DNA of 56,799 bases, counting the filler, from Streblomastix strix (Eukaryota), in the NCBI GenBank assembly GCA_008636045.1. It is 3 parts of 3 records of this genome, joined end to end, with 100 filler letters (N's around TTAATTAATTAA, not from the genome) between each part and the next. Parts side by side here need not be neighbours in the genome. Positions count along the whole stretch, not along the records: positions 18,974 to 37,836 come from SNRW01000569.1; 2 more parts are not named here. The stretch is one strand, 5' to 3'. Shown piece after piece: positions 24,192 through 37,836 of this stretch; the stretch's first letter is position 1, and every line of letters begins with the position of its first letter. The translations under genes and the position numbers were made by a program. A model generated the notes under the pieces. That model did not search any database and was not told the origin of the DNA. It was given only the letters and a program-made list of their open reading frames with translations.

Positions 24192-26646
24192 TCATGCATC
24201 AACGCTTATCAATTATTACCCACGTCTTCCCAATCCAGAGTATTTCTAGTGTTGAATCACAACTGCAACAATTATCATAGCAACGATTGAAGCAACAACG
24301 ATGACTCCAGCAACAACAATCCCAGAGATCATCTCTGCTTTACTTTTTGGTTCTTCAGTTTCAATTTCTTTTTATTTGTCTTAATCTGATTATTATTCTT
24401 CTTCTTCTCCTTCTTCTTGTTCTTCTTATTCATCGACAATCACAAGCATATCGCATGGATTATTATCTTTCACTTCATCTTCTGTTTAATCTGGTGTAAC
24501 TTCAGATCTATCTTAATTCGGTCCTAATGGAACTAATGAACATTTCTGATTGATTTTTTATCCAATCACATAATTATTTCGATAATATCCGACTTTGCAA
24601 TGCGAGAATATGCATTTATCAGTCAGATATTCACCAATCTTAGCTGTTCCATTAGAATATCTTCCTTTTGCTTCAGATGATCCACGAACACTGCATGGAT
24701 GACCATAGATTGAATATGGATCATTTCTGAGGCATCCTTTACAGTTATTTGGAGTTTGTGTGTTATCTGTTTCAACTTCCCATGATAAGCATTTAATTGT
24801 AGAAGAAAATTCTGGATTTGAAATAGATATTGATTTGTATATTTAGTAATTATTTGAAACTGATATATATGATGAAGATTAATTATTATCATTACCCAAC
24901 ATTTCTTTCTCTCTTTTCAATACTTTATCATACAATGAAAATCTTTATTATTCAACTGATATTAAACTATCAAATGGGAAATATTCAACTCTGAAATCTG
25001 CATCAACTATTTTATAATCAAGTAAATAATCATTTGTTTCATCTGTGAAACCAAATCCACCTTTATTAGACCATGTAAGATCTGATCCAATACGATAGAA
25101 TTTAACTGGAAGTTTCTATTTATCTTCTTCAGTTAATGGAGGAGTAGCATTTGTTTTGATATCTTAAACAGATTTATAATTGTATACTGATCCTGTAGTT
25201 GCAATTCCAACATCAAATCTTATATCTTTGTCAACTGGGTATGGAGCTTAAACACCAACAATCTGAATTAATAAATATTATAAATTTTAAGAAAATTATA
25301 AAAAATCATTAATATTTTATTAGAGTTAATTTTAGTAATATTAATAATAATATATATAATTATGCACACCCTTCCAAGATGCTTATCTCCAATATGTTTC
25401 ACAAACTATGAACACATACTTGCACATGCACCATCAGTGACAATCAACAAATCTTATGGCTGATACAATATTTATCTTGTCATATTCTAATTTTTTAAAT
25501 ATTTTGCAAATGTATCATTATTTCACTAATTATTCATATATTTATATGTAAGATTAATTGTTTAATTACTTTTCTTATCTTCAGATTAAGTGGTGCGTTT
25601 TCTATTTCCTCTCGAATAGAAAAGCTTATCAATTTCCAAATAATCAAGTTCAAGTGGAAGTTATGCTTCATCTTTATTATGTTCTGATTAATATATTGAA
25701 ATATTGGCTATTGGATCGTTTATATCCGATTTGAACTCATCAACTGTTTAATATAGAGGATGACCTACATTTGGGATTAAGAAGTTGAGAAATTGTCTTT
25801 CTAATCGAACTTATCCTCATCCATTACCACGAAGATCAATAAGATGTCGTTCTGCATAATTAAGACTTGATTAATTTGTAAATGCATTAATTACATCAAA
25901 TATAGTCTTACTATACATCTCTCTCTCAGCAGAGTTGAATGATTTTATGACTAATACACCTATTTTTTTAGTTTGATTAGCATATGCTTTGACCTCTGAA
26001 TAATCTTTTATTGAAGTATTTAAATTTCTAAAATATAAAACTTCTTCATTATGTTTCATGTAATTATGATTGTGATTATTATTATATTTATTTGGAATAT
26101 TATTATTTATGGAGTTGGCAATTTTTGAATTGTTGATTATTTCTTACGTTGATATTATTTAAATTTATTATTCTTATTAAATTAGAATTTGTTTTGGATG
26201 AAGTTTCTTCCCAAGATTTTTAGACATCTTTCTTTATTCTTCTTCAAGTTTGAATGTTAAATTTTTTAATTATTATTCATATTATTTAATTTGTTTGTCA
26301 TTTTTCTTTATTATTATGGATTATTTTTATTTCTTATATTTCATTCTATTCCATAACTATTTCAATTTCCCAGTTAATTTAACCTTAATGTTTATTTTCT
26401 TTTTCTCGTCTTTTTTCAATTATTTATTTATTTTTATTTCAAAAGATGATGTAGAAAGATAATAAGGTTCAATATTACATTCTTTAAATAGATTCAAATC
26501 TGCACTGAGAATGATGGATATTGGTTATTCAAATATATAAATGCCAGTTTCATTATGCACTTCTATTTATATTTCATTATTATCAGGGTGTTTGAATTAT
26601 TGAGCATTTCTATATGAGATATAACCCATAAGTGCATAATTCATTC
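24192..26646 (-). pseudogene. 3' part of an S41-family peptidase with C-terminal transmembrane helix
   Basis: GVLVIKSF, LIDLRGNG*G (S41 DLRxNGGG) and LLIVTDGACASMCSQF, one intron near 25265-25368, and a hydrophobic tail GIVVAGVIVVASIVAMIIVAVVI. Confidence 0.72.
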
Positions 26647-26667
26647 TTGACACTCAACCAATACGAA

Positions 26668-26727
26668 ATTATCCTTAACACCGTTTATTGGATACAAGTG
26701 AAGTGTATGGGCCAGATCCCTTCGAAA
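26668..26727. repeat. DIRS inverted terminal repeat (element 3' end)
   Basis: ATTATCCTTAACACCGTTTATTGGATACAAGTGAAGTGTATGGGCCAGATCCCTTCGAAA is the exact reverse complement of 31684-31743. Confidence 0.95.
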
Positions 26728-26909
26728 TGTGAAGTGCTGCTCTTCATTTCATCATTGCGTCTTCATCGCGCACTTCTTATTACGCTACAAGTTGACCAGC
26801 CGAACTGCAACTAGCCTTGCAAGGCGTGGTACTTGAGCTTGTGGTGTTCTGAATGAAAGAAAAATAAAGGAGAGGAGAGAGAAACATCGGTAGTTTCTGC
26901 ATTAAAATT

Positions 26910-27012
26910 CGGTGTTAAGGATAATTTCGTATTGGTTGAGTGTCAAACCCAACAAGTGGGGTTGGCCTAAACCATATACTACATTATCCTTAACACCGTT
27001 TATTGGATACAA
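26910..27012. repeat. DIRS internal complementary region (ICR)
   Basis: First part is the reverse complement of the left terminus (from 26647), second part of the right terminus (to 31782, one mismatch). They are fused at GTGT-CAA-ACCC. Confidence 0.93.
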
Positions 27013-27403
27013 ATCATTGAACATTTATATATATGTATATATATTAACTAATAACATTAATTAACATTCAAATAATTAATTATAATTCTAATATAATATA
27101 ATTTAGTTTAATTTTAATTAAATATATTTTAATTAGTGTTAATTCAAATCATATTATTTTGATTTGATATCATTCTTTAATTTAATTTAATTTTAATTTA
27201 ATTTATTTTAATTTAATCTAATCTAATTATATTAATCTAATTTATTTTAATTTATATTAATTTATTTTCATTTAATTTAATTTAATTTCAACTTAATTTT
27301 ATTTGGTTTAAATTAATTTCAATATAATTTTATTTATTCTAATTTGATTTATTTAATAATTTAATTTAATTTAATTTAATTTAATTTAATTTAATTAATT
27401 ATT

Positions 27404-28453
27404 TCAATTTTACTTTATTTTTACATAATAATAAACAGATTCATTACATATAATATATATTAATAATTATTTATATGTTTCATTCATCATTATATATAAA
27501 TATAAAACCTCAGAGTCTTTCAATATAAGTTCACCGAGGTCACGAGACATAGGTTTGTAGTAAAATGTATCACATGCATTAGACCCAGGAGCATGTCTAG
27601 TTGCTTCATTAACTTCCTCCTGGGTAGCACCTTCGCTTCTCATTTTAGACATCATTGCATGACGAACGGATGAGCCTGCAAATTCTTAGTCAATACCAAT
27701 TTCATCCAATAGTTTTCTCAATACTTTACTACATCCGATTCCTCCCAGCACTTTCTTCTTATCATAATCGAACCATATTCCTTCATCCTCATCCTTAGTG
27801 CAATCCTTATCATTTAACCATTTTTCCATTGCAGCAACTGGACAGCAGATCGACTCTCTTCTTATGAATGTTATTACAAATTTCTTTGGTTTCTTGCGTT
27901 TCTTAACAATTGTCCTTATTTTCATCATCTACTCATCAATTTCAATATTCTTCCTCGTAATTGCAGCAAGCTCTACCATCCTTGTCGCTGAGAATGCAAC
28001 AATAAGTCCCATTGTTCTTTGCATCAGTACACTTCCTTCTCCAATACCTTCTCGCTATATAAAGTTTATCAGTTTATTCAGATTCCAAATCGATTGGTAT
28101 TTTGATTTCTACTCTTTATCTAGGTTTAATCTCTTGACAATCGCTTAGACTATAGGAGACTGAGATACATTGCACGTTTCTGAGAACATACTTAGTGCAA
28201 CTCCAGTATGAGTTTTCATTTTCCTCATATTCTGTAAGAGTGACTTTCCACCCTTCTTCTCCATCCACGATAGTGAATTAGCTAGTAAGACATCAGCTCT
28301 TCCAGTTAAGATATCTCTGATACTTAATTTCTTCTCTTCCATATATTCACTGAATAAGTGGAGCCCTGCTCTTCTTTTTCTCCATGTTTCCTAGCTAATA
28401 CTTAGGATTATGTTGCTCATCGCTTCATCTTCGAGTCCAATGTATCTGCCCAT
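27404..28453 (-). CDS. DIRS tyrosine recombinase
   Basis: AFSATRMVELA, ICCPVAAM, GSSVRHAMMS, ATRHAPGS and TFYYKP supply the R...R-H-Y catalytic residues. Start and end are approximate and it overlaps the end of pol in another frame. Confidence 0.9.
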
Positions 28454-30474
28454 TTCTCTGAAAAGACGTTCTCCACACGCATGTTTGTCAACCGAACCGC
28501 TCTCATTCTTCCTGGAGGTAGTTGTTGATGTAGATCCTTCATTAGTTTACCCATCTCCAAGCAATCTTTCGCTTCCCCCAGATCAACTTCAGCTATCTTC
28601 ATTTCTTCTATCCATCTTGTCCAAACTTGTCCCTTCCAACTTGGAATCACTAGAATTGCTTCTGCTCTATCGTTTCTGACTTTCTTGAGGACTTTAAGAA
28701 TTTAACTGATCGGTGGATGAAGATATGGGTTGATCTAATTCCAGTTAAAGCTGTATCCGTTTACTGCGTACGCTTGGTGGTCTGGCAATAAGTTACAATA
28801 GCTTTTCAGACGTTTATTAGTTCTTGAGGCGAAGATGTCCAGCCATACAGGAAGTCCTAATGCTTCCAACGCTCCGTTTAGAATTTCCTGTTTAACATAG
28901 TAGTCCCCGTTGGCTGCAATCCTACTCAGAGAATCAGCTATTACATTCTTATGTCCCTGAATATGTTCCATCTCCAATTTCAGATTGTTCTCCACCACAT
29001 GCTTCCTGATCCTTCTTGCAATATGAAGTAAATCTTACTTCGCTTTCCACTTCCTTAAACAGAACTCCGTTACTGTATTATCTGTTCTCACTAGGATGCA
29101 ACTACCAGTACGAATGAATTCCCTCAAGCTCCTCAATGCCATCAGGATTGCTGTCATCTCCCTTTAATTTGAAGATTTGAGTATCCATTACCTGCCCCAT
29201 TGTTCCGTCCTATAGATTGGCTCCTCTTCTCTCATCGCAAGTTCTAATACTGCACCCCAGCTCGTTTCTGACGCATCTGTTGTTAGTATCAATGTCGGTT
29301 GTATTCTTTCGAAGCACATTGGTTTGTTTTCCTTGATCTATTCCAGCCACCATGTTAAGTCCCCCAGTACTCTTCTATCCATTTTACATTTCCCATTCCA
29401 AGTGCTCCTAAATATTGCTTATGTTTGGACTCTATATAATGTTCTCATGTGCATCGATGCATCTATCACTTGAGTTCTAACGAAATTCAGCTCTCCAATA
29501 ACTGAAGCAAGATCTTTAATCTTCACTCTACTTCCTTTTGTAGCTATTTCTATCCATCTCTTTAATCTCTGTTTCAATTATCTGCGCTTAACTGCTGTCA
29601 TTTAAATTGTTAAACTCGTTGTTGACCATTTCCACCCCAGGAATTCGAATATCCTCAATGGGTTTGTCCTACACTTCAATCATTATATTTTCCATCCCAA
29701 TTCCTCCATGAATTTCATAATCTCTATTGTGTCTTTCTTCAATTATTCTTTATCCTGACTCAATAATAGAATATCATCTATGTATTGAATTACTCTAACT
29801 TTCCATTTCTCCCTAATTGCTTTTACTGCTTGTTTCATGATTCTGCAGAATACCATCGGGCTCCTGTTCCACCCGAATGGGAGTCCCACGTATGTGTAGG
29901 CTTTACCACGGAAATGAAACCCGAAATATTTCTGTAGTTCCTAGTTGACTCTCACATGATGGTAAGCTTTCTCCATGTCCAGGTGTGTGGAATAGTCACC
30001 TTTCTAAATCAATTCCATTACAGTTTTTAAGTTCTCCATCTAGAAATGAGCTGGTTTTGTTGTTGCATTCAGTTTTCTGCAACCTAGAATCTTTCTTCTT
30101 TTCCCTCCTGCTTTCGGAACTGTATATGATGGGTTCCAGTATTTGATCTCCTCTTCTCTAGCTTCCCTTACTACTCCCAATCTCAGTTCTTAATCCAGCT
30201 CTTCCTGGAACTTGTTATCCCCAATTCGATCTTATTTTTCCATATGCTGTCCAGATTTCATTTATAGTTGGTTTCTCATGTATTGACTAGTCCATGCAGG
30301 CTATGCTCCCATTTCTATCCAATAATCTGCATTAATCTATTTCCACTTGTGTATTCTATTCAATAGTCTGTCTGGTAATATTTCTTCTTATTTACTTGAC
30401 TACAAGATGTCCTTCAAGTCCAAATCCACCTTTTGTTGCTCGAAGACTTAATCATTATCCTCGATCTTCATCAT
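28417..30474 (-). CDS. DIRS pol: reverse transcriptase + RNase H + adenine-methyltransferase-like domain, 685 aa
   Basis: LDMEKAYHHV, GLPFGWNRSP and YIDD (RT). TTDAS, SSNQREM, RTDN and NVIADSLSR (RNase H). LDIFASRTN, YLHPP and IPSWKGQVW (MT). Frame uninterrupted with TAR=Gln. Confidence 0.93.
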
Positions 30475-30568
30475 TCTCGGAGGTATTCATTTATTAATCT
30501 TAATTCTCACCAAAGTTGGTATTAACCCTCATCTGGCCTTCCATTTATCCTCCAGATTCCGCCCCGAA

Positions 30569-31672
30569 TCACTGATTCTTCTATTGATCCGCATCGCTAC
30601 GGTTCTCCAAAGGCTACTTGGGTAACTGTAGAGGTGCCATGTTTAGTCCACGCTTTTGCCCAGGTTGCCAGAATCGGTTATCTTACTGCTGTTATTATTA
30701 TTGGAATGCTTGCGACATGTTCGGATTATAACCAGGTTAGAAATTTCCCCATCCACTCATTTATTGGTTCCAGCCTGGAAGTTATTACTATTAGTTGCCC
30801 CATTATCCATAATTAGTTTAGCTGTTATATGGCACAAATTAGTTGACTGGAGTGTTAAAGTTTGAAAATCTTCTATTGAACTTCTTGTTATTGAAATATC
30901 TCTGGTTCTACTAGAAGTTATTCATGAATGGCACTTACTATTATTATAGTTGTTGCGTTTTATCATCAGTAACTTGTTGGATGTTGGATGTTTATTGGGT
31001 AGAGATCAGCTTCGAGCTCTTGAGTGCTTCAGCTACAATTGCTTTAGACTCGGACCCAAGTAGTAGAGTAAGCCCACCTCCTGTCAGTAGCGCCTCCTTC
31101 GCACCTGATGGAACTACAGCTACTTCCCTCCTTTTTTAGGCATCTCCAGCCACAATGCGGCAAGCGTGATGTGCTGATAGTAGCGAGTTCATTGCGCTAA
31201 CGTTGTCTTCACCAATCAGGGATACTATGGCAGCCTCAATCATTTTCTGCGCGTGAATTGCAAAAATCTGCGTTTCCCTTTCTACTGGAGAATCTTTCTC
31301 ACCTGCAATAGCCTTCGCTGCTTTATCTTCATGAATTAAGGTACGAATCATCTATTCTCTTCGACGAATTTCCAATCTTGTTTCCTCAGAAGCTCGTTCG
31401 CCGGTTTAATCGAGTTTGTCCAAGCTGACGTGATAGTAGCCTTCCAACACGGCTTTTCCTAGAGCAAGTATTTCTTTCCTCCTTGCTTCCTCCTCTGGGC
31501 TCAATCCTTTGTTCGTGAAGGGCTACAACCATTCCCTCCCCTTCGCACGCGCGTTTTAGTCATTTTGCCCTCCACTGTCGACTGCAGGCGTCCCATTGGG
31601 TAGTCCGCCAAGTTAAACATTCAGCTCGTCTATCTGTAAATTTTAAGTACCTTCAGGCCCGGTTAGGGCCAT
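30569..31672 (-). CDS. DIRS gag-like protein, 367 aa
   Basis: First ORF after the 5' ITR (MALTGPEGTQ...), with a helical core and a Q/N/G-rich tail, ending at TGA. Confidence 0.8.
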
Positions 31673-31683
31673 CCTTCACCACT

Positions 31684-31743
31684 TTTCGAAGGGATCTGGC
31701 CCATACACTTCACTTGTATCCAATAAACGGTGTTAAGGATAAT
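31684..31743. repeat. DIRS inverted terminal repeat (element 5' end)
   Basis: Exact reverse complement of 26668-26727. Confidence 0.95.
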
Positions 31744-31782
31744 GTAGTATATGGTTTAGGCCAAACCCACTTGTTGGGTTTG

Positions 31783-32272
31783 TAATTGAATTTCTGGAAA
31801 TTGATACTTCTTCATCTGCCCATCTGGCAATGGCTTCAAGAGTTGGATATGTTCCTTCAACATCCACATATGTATTATTATCATAGAATTTTTATCCTAA
31901 TATATTGATCTTATCTAATGAATAGTTTTACTCATTAATGTTGATTATAAAACTCAAAGAATAGTCTGTTTTACTTTAATTTACTGTAATTTGTGGAAAC
32001 ATATAGTATACTTTTGATACACAAGGTGGAGTGAATATTGTATGAGGATCTTTGAGATTGTTAAGGAGAATCATTATTTATTCATAGAAATCAAATGTAT
32101 TTGTAAATGTGATTTTATTTATCTTGTCAAGATTAATATTTATGTTAACTGCATGTTTTCCTTATTTGATTGGTGCACCTGGTGGATTAAGTGAGGTATC
32201 AATGAATGCATAACTATTGAGATACTCTTTTAAGATACTAATAGTTGTGCGTTACTCATTTGATTCAAGCTA
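31783..32272 (-). pseudogene. 5' part of the S41-family peptidase interrupted by DIRS
   Basis: EYLNSYAFID...LNNLKDPHT...AIARWADEEVSISRNSI joins in frame to TRMNYAL left of the element when DIRS is removed. Confidence 0.7.
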
Positions 32273-32369
32273 AAATATTTTTGATAAATATATATAAATA
32301 AATATGATATAATAATGATTATTCATTAAATATAAAATATATAAAATTAATTTAAAATGAAAAAGTAAT

Positions 32370-34650
32370 AAATGGTTGCAGATGCACACTTTAATACATC
32401 TATGACAGCTTAATGCAAAATCAATTTTATATGAAACTCCATATTTCATATAACAATTGAAATCAAATGGTGAGTAATCGTTATTGCATTTACTTGTGTC
32501 TGGACTTAGAGATTATCCTTGCTCTTCAGTGCAATTCAGTAGTGTTGGATATATTTTGTCTGACTGACATTATGATTTGGAGTATCCTTAATTTTCATCA
32601 TATTCTGAGCATGAACATTTTAGATTTGGTTATTTTTCGTCAGTGCAAACTTTAGCATCTTGACAAGTTGCAAAGTTGAATGAATCTTTTCCTAAAAAAT
32701 CACATACACAATTTTGATGATGAAGTTAATATGTACAAATACATCCAGATTAATTTAAGTAGGTTGAACATAAACATGGAGTTGATTAAAGATCATTATT
32801 ACTACATTTTCGGCTTACTGGACAGCTTATCCCAACTCTTGGATCTTCTTCATCAAGACATTTGCATTATCCAGGAGGTACTCCATCTAATTAATTCAGA
32901 TCGGTATTTCTTGGACATGTACATCCAGTTGGTGCATATCCATCAATGCATATGCATGTGTTTGGTTTTACTGATGATCCATGAACACCATTACAATCAA
33001 TAATTAAAGGATATGCTTTATCTGCTTCACATTCTGTATAATCTGTTTAATCACTATCACAGATACAACTTCTATTAAATATATTATCTGTGCAATATTA
33101 AGGACAACCAGCATCTGGTATTGTCAACCCAGATCTAGGATCTCCTGTTGAACGACATTCGCATTAAGCAACGGGAACTCCAATCAAATCTTTTGAATCT
33201 TAAGGAAAACGCATTCTTTAAAGGAACTACCATCTATGCATATGAATGATAGTGGGTATATAGATGGAGAATCTGATTCATCACAATAATCAATTACTGA
33301 ATATTTTTCATCTTCACATTCTGTTTTGGTATAAGAATCATCATCGTCGTTCTATGGGCATGTGCAATCAAATGGAGCTTATCCATCTGCGCATTTACAA
33401 TCACCTCCTTCATATCATGTTTCTTCATCACAAGTTGATAATTTCCCATATCTTAAAACTTCATCACATGTATCTATATCAAAAGATGGATTTGCAATAA
33501 TGACGAACTCAAAAGTTGATTGATGATATATTGGAGTGCATGTACAATTATCCTAATGAAAACCTTCAGAGAATAAACAAGGAGTGGATAAAATATCATA
33601 ATTTTGGCAAAGTCGTGTTATTGGACAAGCATCACCTTCTCTTGGATCATTATCAACAAGACATTTAAACTATTCAACTGAAAAATCTTATAAATCTTCT
33701 GGTAAAGAAGGGCATCTGCTTTTTGCTGGATGATTGTCTTTTGAACAGTAACAAGAATATTTTGTTACTGTTGTTTCATAATTTTTTAGGCAATCCTTAA
33801 TAGTACAATCTTAAGGATTGGATTCAAGAGTTGTTGAACATACGCAATGTAAAGATGCAAGATCATTTGATGGACAAATACATTCATCTGTATCTTTCAA
33901 ATGTTCTTGAGTATAAAAGCATGAAAATTCCTAATATTTATCAATGCATTTGACTGGTGTACAACCATCAGGATGATGCAATTATAAGCATTTGAATTCT
34001 CCTGTTTAGTTAGATCCATTATCAACACAACTACAACCGACTAAAGTGTTGTTACCTGTGCATGTTTTTGTCTTTATGCAATCATCAAGATTAAATGTAG
34101 CATCTTAATTTTCTTCGCAGATGCATCATTTTTCATTATCTGGAGAGACAGTAGATGTGCATATACAGAAATCTGGTTTATAATTAGCTATACAGAAACA
34201 TCCTCTATCAATTTTTTCAAGAATAAATTCTTCACATTCTTCAGTGACAGGACATGTAGTTCCTGCTCTTATATCTCCAGTTTAAGCGGCATTCACATTC
34301 TGATGGTAATATTCCACTCAAATGTTATCCATTACTTGGGCTCATGTATCCAATTGTGATCTTTGCCATTTATACATTTACTTTTATATGTTTGATCTGA
34401 AGATGTACAATCAATTTTAGTACAACCAATAGGAGTTGGATTTATGAAATATCCTCCTGAACATAGTTTTGATGCAAGAGATGTTGTTGGATTTAATGTA
34501 TCTGATAATAAATCATATATACAACCATCTCTTATTAATAATTTGATTGGCAAGTGCAATCAGCTTAATAGTAAGTATCATTTCGATATTATTCGTCATC
34601 TGGTCAAATTGGAATATTATCTAATTCAGTAAGTACTGATATCACATTTC
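32370..34650 (-). pseudogene. Cys-rich repeat surface protein, frameshifted (possibly upstream part of the S41 gene)
   Basis: Recurrent CxC, C...GDPR and HPxGC motifs (e.g. CECRSTGDPR, CLVDNDPREGDACP). Limits approximate. Confidence 0.6.
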
Positions 34651-34689
34651 ATCAATTAGCAATCCTCTCTCAAGATTTAGATAAATATT

Positions 34690-37130
34690 TCTCTACTTTA
34701 ATTTAATCTGAGTATCAGGATCAACAAATGTAGTGAATGAATATTAAGTCTCCTTTAAAAGATGCTTCAAATGGGAATTTTATTATCTTCTTATTTATAT
34801 TTCCTCTTAATTCCACATTCAAATGCATCAATCCTTATTTTATATTTTAATGAATTCGCGTCAGGATCAGCTGTTTATCTAAATAATAATAAAAATATCA
34901 TTCCAGTATCAAAAACTTATAATAATCTATGAAGTATTGAATATGTTCAGACTGTAGCTCCATATATAACACCAATCTCATCTTCATCTTCAAACCATTT
35001 CTTTCCACCAGGTTGTGTTGATTTGTGAAAGATCCTCTAAAGTCAGATAGCATCAGGTTCATCATTCATTGTGATCGCTCCATCTATAACATCTACATGG
35101 AAATCATTCTCTGCAATTGGTTGTGAAAGTCTTTTTAATGTTTGATCTTATTATCCAGCTGTTATTATAATCAATTCATATGGAATTATTAATCCATCTG
35201 CAAATATTATTTTCCGTTTCTCAAGATCGATATTCAGAACAACTCCAGGAACTTCTTCAATATAACTCTTTAATCCAAAACCAGCTAAAGTAGCAGCTGT
35301 ATAATTGCATGAATTCACAACAAATAGTGCTGGTGCAGGAGGTCTAAAAGTAGTAGGTATCACAAATAGAGAATGATGTGTTGATGAAGTTACACTTATG
35401 AACGATGCTGGATATTCAGTTGCTGCGATACTTTCTGGAGCTGATCGAATTATTGATCCTTTTTTGTTTTAATTGGAAGAAGTGATGAATCAGGTTATTG
35501 GATGTATTCAGGAACTTTTGAGATGAAACCTGGTTGATTTGTTATTAATGATCCTATTGGTGTAGAAGTTGTTTTTTATAGTAGAATTGGAACTTTCATA
35601 TTTACTAATTGGTTTATAAGAATAATTAGATAATTATGATGGTGCTTGTTGTTTCAATTATGAATAATCATTAACTTTCTTTTTATTATCCAACAATTCA
35701 ATATAAATATCCTTTTCTCGCTAAGGATCTACTTTCGCTGACCATAATGGTGGGATTGGTACTATTTCTTATGTTCCTGGAATGCCAGTTGCTCTAACTA
35801 TAATAGGTGGAATTGGTATAGGATGTAGTAATCTATGCTATGAATATACTTTCTATTCATATGCTTATCTTAATAATGCAGCTCTTTCTTTTTTTCTTTT
35901 AATAAATTCTTTATATTTTTCATATAATATTTCAACATCTATCTTAAATAATGTTTCATCTTCTTCACAAACATCATATCCTTAACAATCCATTTAACAA
36001 TCATATTTCTCTCCACCTTATCCTCGACCTATAATTTCAACATCTTTCTCTTTAATTAATTAATATTTAGGTTTTCTATTATCTGAATCTGCACTCAATC
36101 CATATTATGATTCTTCAAAATCTTCTTCTAATTCAGCATCTGGTTCATCTTTTTGAAATTTTTCAGTTTAATCTGTTTAGTTAAATCCATAACAGACATT
36201 CCATTTGGTTATGGTTCAACAAAAGGTTGATGATGGAATGCAGGTGGTGGTATTATAGTTGATTCTAAGCATAGAAGACATTACGATGATACAAGTGTCA
36301 ACGATGAAAAGAATCACGATTTTGTAAATGTTTATCTTTCCAATATAGATATATTAATATCAGATGATCCGATAACTACAATTTTACCATTAGTTACTAT
36401 CTATATATCAAGTGCATTACCTCGTCTTAACATAGAAAGTGCAAAACAAGGCTCTGAAAATCTGGAAGGTTGCAATCCAGATGTTTGTGTTGGTGGAGGT
36501 CGAATATGTTTAGTTGTTGGATCACCTACTGGACCCAATGGATCTGGAAATTCTTCAAAGCGATGTACCTGTTGGAATATTTGAAATTTGATATTAATAA
36601 ATTAGAATTTAATAATATGAATAAATAAATATAGAAAAAATTATATTTTTAATATTAATAATACCTTTGCATAAACTTCATCCAATGATGTATATGATGG
36701 TTTATCTGTTTCTGCTAATGGTCTTTAAATCTGTCTTCTGGGTGGAACAGGTGTGAAAATCTATTAAACTGCTGCTGATAATGATGTTCCATTACAACAA
36801 AAAGTTCTAAAGAAAACCATTCTTGCTGATGATAATCACAAGATTTTAAATAATACAAATCTAGCTCTTGTGTGGAATAGTGAATAAAGTGCAAAATATT
36901 TCTGTTCAAAATATGGATATCCATCATCTGCTATTCGATCAATTGTTGTTGATTCATTTGGATCAAATTCATTCAGTTCTGAATCTTGTGTAATAAGTTG
37001 ATCAAGATCAATACGTAATCCAATGGTGTATAAGTGGTGAATCATTTCCTTAAATGTCTTAATTCATTTGAAATTCTAATTTTAAAGATGAATAATCAAA
37101 TTCAGATGAAGAAAATACAAGTCCTTGGTT
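34690..37130 (-). pseudogene. CFAP61: Cilia- and flagella-associated protein 61-like gene fragment
   Basis: FALSML...TNGKIVVIGSSDINISILE...SLTLVS, PGVVLNIDLEKRKIIFADGLIIPYELIIITAG and VIYGAT match the FAD/NAD-binding-like region of CFAP61. In-frame TGAs and shifts are present. Confidence 0.7.
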
Positions 37131-37493
37131 AAAGATATTCATCAAGATATAAATAATATATATTAGTTTATTTTTTATAAGTAGCTCTTTCAAACTCAAT
37201 TAATTCATAATATTAATAGATGTGATGTTGATTGCATAAAATCTTTAATTTCGAATTGAATAAAACTTTGACTAAGAAATTATTTTCATCTGGATGACTT
37301 TAGTTATTGAAAATCATAAATAAAAAAAGTTTTTCTTTTAATAAACGTTTCACAGAATAGTTATTAAATAATTACCCTTTCAATTGATGAATTTCTCATC
37401 GATTTCATCTGATTTATTAGAAAGGCATCATGTGAACTATAGAGAAGTAGATTCATCAAATTTAACAAAAATTTCTTAGATGAATATAATTAT

Positions 37494-37836
37494 AACCACT
37501 ACGTGAATTGGAACGAAATTCACTTCGTGATTATCTATACATCCACTGATAAGGAGCTACCTTTTATTTGAGACTGTCAACCCGTACAATGGGGCCCAGT
37601 CAACAAAAACCGTACAATTGTTCGTTATGAGTGGGACCGAAGATCCGGAACGCTCGATTCCATCTTCATCGCAAAGTTCCAGTTCTAGTTCGACAGAGGA
37701 ATAAAGTCTGAAATTGCAAGTTGAGCCACATTTCACCTAAATCGCATCAAGCCCTGTTTCAACTGCGGGAAGATAGTAATCTGGACTTTAATATGACTAT
37801 GAGGTAATCGATGATGAACTAATGGAAAAACTGGGG
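37494..37836 (+). mobile_element. Possible 5' end of another retroelement, cut by the contig end
   Basis: Abrupt rise in GC and an ORF from 37627 (MSGTEDPERSIPSSSQSS...) open to the gap. No diagnostic motif. Confidence 0.3.

Larger units (their letters stand above)
26647..31782 (-). mobile_element. Complete DIRS1-type tyrosine-recombinase retrotransposon
   Basis: gag, RT-RNaseH-MT and YR ORFs, 60-bp perfect inverted terminal repeats, an internal complementary region, and TTG at both junctions inside the S41 gene. Confidence 0.95.

Noticed and set aside
28580..30560. A long ORF fully overlapping DIRS pol, as in some DIRS elements
   Set aside because: The alternative frame has long open stretches but several TGA codons (e.g. 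at the YIDD codons), so it is not continuous in this copy.
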